Below, piece after piece: positions 31,737 through 32,000 of a DNA stretch of 32,000 nucleotides. The stretch's first letter is position 1. Each line of letters opens with the position of its first letter. Origin of the DNA: Candidatus Saccharimonadota bacterium. Its GTDB lineage: Archaea > Nanobdellota > Nanobdellia > Pacearchaeales > GW2011-AR1. The notes under the pieces were generated by a model that saw only the letters and a program-made list of their open reading frames with translations, ran no database searches and was not told where the DNA came from. The stretch is taken from NCBI GenBank assembly GCA_026002795.1, contig BPGA01000001.1, positions 300,001 through 332,000 of the forward strand, read 5' to 3'. The position numbers and the translations under genes were made by a program.

Positions 31737-32000
31737 ATGGTTCTTTTTTTATTTTTTTTATCTCTTTTTTGGATTATTGCAGCTACAATAGAAGATTTTA
31801 AAAAAAAAGAAATTGAAAACTGGATTAGTTTTTCCTTAATAATTTTTGCTCTTGGCTTTAGATTTTTCCATAGTTTATTTTTTGAAGATTTTAATTTTTT
31901 TTATCAAGGGATTTTTGGCTTACTTGCTTTCTTTATTATAGGAAATGTCTTTTATTATTCTAGATTTTTTGCAGGAGGTGATTCAAAACTTTTTATGTCT
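31737..32000 (+). CDS. A24-family prepilin/preflagellin peptidase (PibD/FlaK/EppA-like), 5' part, runs off right edge
   Basis: Not in the ORF track because it is truncated. My translation is MVLFLFFLSLFWIIAATIEDFKKKEIENWISFSLIIFALGFRFF...FFAGGDSKLFMS. The first catalytic Asp context is IEDFKKKEI.N, and the second motif G-G-D-x-K-L sits about 60 residues later. Confidence 0.8.
   Translation, partial: MVLFLFFLSLFWIIAATIEDFKKKEIENWISFSLIIFALGFRFFHSLFFEDFNFFYQGIFGLLAFFIIGNVFYYSRFFAGGDSKLFMS

Noticed and set aside
1-32000. Search for CRISPR arrays, rRNA or tRNA genes, transposases, integrases and long direct or inverted repeats marking mobile elements or defence islands.
   Set aside because: I saw no regularly spaced repeats, no GC-rich structured RNA-like islands and no recombinase-like ORFs. 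Every sizeable ORF is accounted for by housekeeping, membrane or pilus-related calls. The scan was by eye only, so short or degenerate elements could be missed.

Overview
The window is a very AT-rich, tightly packed archaeal chromosome segment. The archaeal assignment rests on Orc1/Cdc6, both PolD subunits, Hef, and a TyrRS closely resembling the M. jannaschii enzyme. Small proteins, split or trimmed genes and minimal intergenic DNA suggest a reduced-genome, DPANN-like archaeon; this is inference only. I saw no rRNA, tRNA, CRISPR array or transposase.

Left end (1-9 kb): two small minus-strand genes, a PRC-barrel protein, and a 355-nt A/T-rich gap with ORB-like dyads that is a candidate oriC. 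It is followed by orc1/cdc6, PolD small subunit and PolD large subunit, the Pyrococcus-like origin layout.

Middle (9-22 kb): housekeeping genes.
- TyrRS, a trimmed DRG-like GTPase and an AAG/MPG glycosylase.
- A methyltransferase that by eye resembles ArmA/RmtB (FmrO family, 16S rRNA m7G1405).
- An M16 peptidase, an arginase/agmatinase-family enzyme, a half-size MFS protein and LigT.
- Hef split into helicase and nuclease ORFs.
- An M50-like protein lacking HExxH, a second PRC-barrel protein, two tandem paralogous membrane proteins and a coiled-coil gene pair.

Right third (22-32 kb): the most interesting part, a self-contained type IV pilus-like operon.
- An oversized secretion ATPase, a UPF0104/LPG-synthase-TM-like membrane protein and a large PilC/FlaJ-like platform protein.
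- A translationally coupled array of at least seven pilin-like genes, interleaved with three micro-ORFs (33-53 aa) that the ORF track missed.
- Two pilin-like genes whose reading frames break at A5/A6 tracts.
- A separately promoted Cys-rich candidate major pilin.
- The 5' end of an A24 prepilin peptidase running off the window.

A TTTAAA box sits 21-23 nt upstream of many start codons, which implies mostly leaderless transcripts and helps choose start sites.
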